Shown here: positions 62,718-64,000 of the stretch, piece by piece
Position numbering within the stretch: position 1 is the stretch's first letter
How the letters are laid out: every line of letters begins with the position of its first letter
Notes under the pieces: model-generated
The model's input: only the letters and a program-made list of their open reading frames with translations
Told to the model about the DNA's origin: nothing
Databases searched by the model: none
Source of the DNA: Acholeplasmataceae bacterium
GTDB taxonomy: Bacteria; Bacillota_I; Bacilli_A; Acholeplasmatales; Acholeplasmataceae
DNA length: 64,000 nucleotides
Reading direction: 5' to 3'
Assembly (NCBI GenBank): GCA_963675245.1
Contig: OY775910.1
Coordinates: 224,001 to 288,000, forward strand
Made by a program: the position numbers and the translations under genes

Positions 62718-63977
62718 TCACTCCTTAGTTTTGTGATTGTTTTTATGAAATGCTTTACCAAAATAACCTTTGATTCGCTTACCAAATTTTGTTTGATCAT
62801 AATTTAAGATCGCGACGCGATAAACTGGACTGACAATATATAAACTACCAATTAAACAAACAATGACCACGGCTAATGCAATCAGTGCTTCACCTACGCT
62901 TAGTGCACCACTTGCAAACGCAACAGGGGCAACTATCGGTGTAAATATAGGAATGAATGAAGCAATTTTTAAAATCATCTCTCCACCGGCTATTCCAGAG
63001 AATATCGCGATATAAAATCCAACGAGTAACGTCATCATAATTGGTGTTTGAAATTGTTGATAATCTTCTTGTGTCACTGCCATACTCGCAAACATGGCTG
63101 AATAGGTAAGATAAAATAATGTCCCCACAAGCATAAACGCGAACGATAAAACAATTAACATTTGCCAATTTGGGATGGCTTGTCCAATATACGCTAGTAA
63201 ATTCGTTGTATCACCAAATTCAGTAGTGCTTGAGGCACTTCCTCCAAACAATAATGTCGCGATAAATCCATAAACGAGAATCAATCCACCTTGTATTGAT
63301 ACAAATAAGATGGCTGCTGTTATTTTCGATAGGAAATGAGTTTTTGCTGGTACGCTCGCAATAATCGTTTCTATTGCTTTTGTAGATTTTTCTTCAATAA
63401 TATCAACACCAACAAATTGAGTCGCCATCGTAATCAATAAAAAGAGCGGTAATACTAATAAACTTGATAACGATGAAATCATTGCAGTTTGTTCAGGATC
63501 TTCATAATCATCTGCATAATATGGCGTGATTACAGGGCTTTGATAACCAGGAATATCATACTCAATAAATTGGAGTTCAATCATATTAGCAAACAACTGG
63601 TTATACTCAGGATATTTACTATAAATGCTTATTGCGTTCGCACTTTCAACAACCAAAACAACATCTAGTTCACCATCATTCCAAAATGCTTCTGAATCAA
63701 ATGCATTCATGTCTTCAGTTATCACATAAAACGGTGTTGTTAATCCAGCATTTAATCTAGCACTTAAATCAGTTACTAGTGTGGGTTCTGTCGTTTCATT
63801 ATAGACAACTACTTGCATATTTGTCATTGTATCATTACTGCTAAAAGTACTGATGATAGCTGGTAAGTTAATAATGACCGTTAATAATAAGAATACTAAT
63901 ATATTCGAAATAATAAATGCCCGACGTTTGATACGTTTAAATAGGCCGTATTTCACCAAAAATCTAAATTTCTTCAT
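62718..63977 (-). CDS. ABC-2 type permease (NatB/YhaP-like)
   Basis: N-terminal TM, extracellular loop, IIEEKSTKAIETIIASVP, SFIPIFTP. Confidence 0.88.
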   Translation of the reverse strand: MKKFRFLVKYGLFKRIKRRAFIISNILVFLLLTVIINLPAIISTFSSNDTMTNMQVVVYNETTEPTLVTDLSARLNAGLTTPFYVITEDMNAFDSEAFWNDGELDVVLVVESANAISIYSKYPEYNQLFANMIELQFIEYDIPGYQSPVITPYYADDYEDPEQTAMISSLSSLLVLPLFLLITMATQFVGVDIIEEKSTKAIETIIASVPAKTHFLSKITAAILFVSIQGGLILVYGFIATLLFGGSASSTTEFGDTTNLLAYIGQAIPNWQMLIVLSFAFMLVGTLFYLTYSAMFASMAVTQEDYQQFQTPIMMTLLVGFYIAIFSGIAGGEMILKIASFIPIFTPIVAPVAFASGALSVGEALIALAVVIVCLIGSLYIVSPVYRVAILNYDQTKFGKRIKGYFGKAFHKNNHKTKE

Positions 63978-64000
63978 GATTTCGCCCTACTTTCGCAATA
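63964..64000 (-). CDS. 3' end of upstream gene (possibly another ABC ATPase)
   Basis: ..IAKVGRNHEEI* overlaps the permease start; too short to assign firmly. Confidence 0.3.
   Translation of the reverse strand, partial: IAKVGRNHEEI

Overview
AT-rich, gene-dense chromosomal segment, mostly on the minus strand. It uses the standard genetic code (TGA serves as a stop in several genes). Gene order is Bacillus-like but cell-wall genes are missing from conserved slots, which suggests a wall-less Mollicute of the Acholeplasmatales type (inference). Core content: rpsA(partial)-cmk-rluB-efp-aroQ-aroK-miaA-mutL-mutS, ricA-miaB-ymdB-rny, recA-pgsA, rpsT, holA-comEC-comEA, a trimmed yqeG-H-K-rsfS-yqeM operon, greA, trhP1/trhP2/trmR, ruvX, alaS with an Ala T-box, smpB-rnr, glpK, eno, ribU with an FMN riboswitch, gpmI, a K+ channel, gcvT-H-PA-PB, an Mrp/SalA-like ATPase, ptsI and an ABC exporter cluster. 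The best candidate for an undescribed system is at 59.2-60.4 kb. An unannotated 44-codon secreted-propeptide gene (MMKKFILLLAIIVSLFSLTMSIGTSNVQA-GGNDFPPELPIPPQN) lies divergent from an XRE-HTH/TPR regulator of PlcR/Rgg type. A 13-bp inverted repeat sits between them and an EcsA/PptA-like ABC exporter is next door, so this looks like an RRNPP peptide-signalling module. Other highlights: a broken subtilase coupled to a BsuPI-like inhibitor lipoprotein, a membrane-anchored protein with repeated Rho-N/HeH-like motifs upstream of mutSL, and a cre-like motif shared by the eno, gpmI, ptsI and glpK promoters. All family assignments come from motif recognition by eye, not database searches. I saw no rRNA, tRNA, CRISPR array or transposase.
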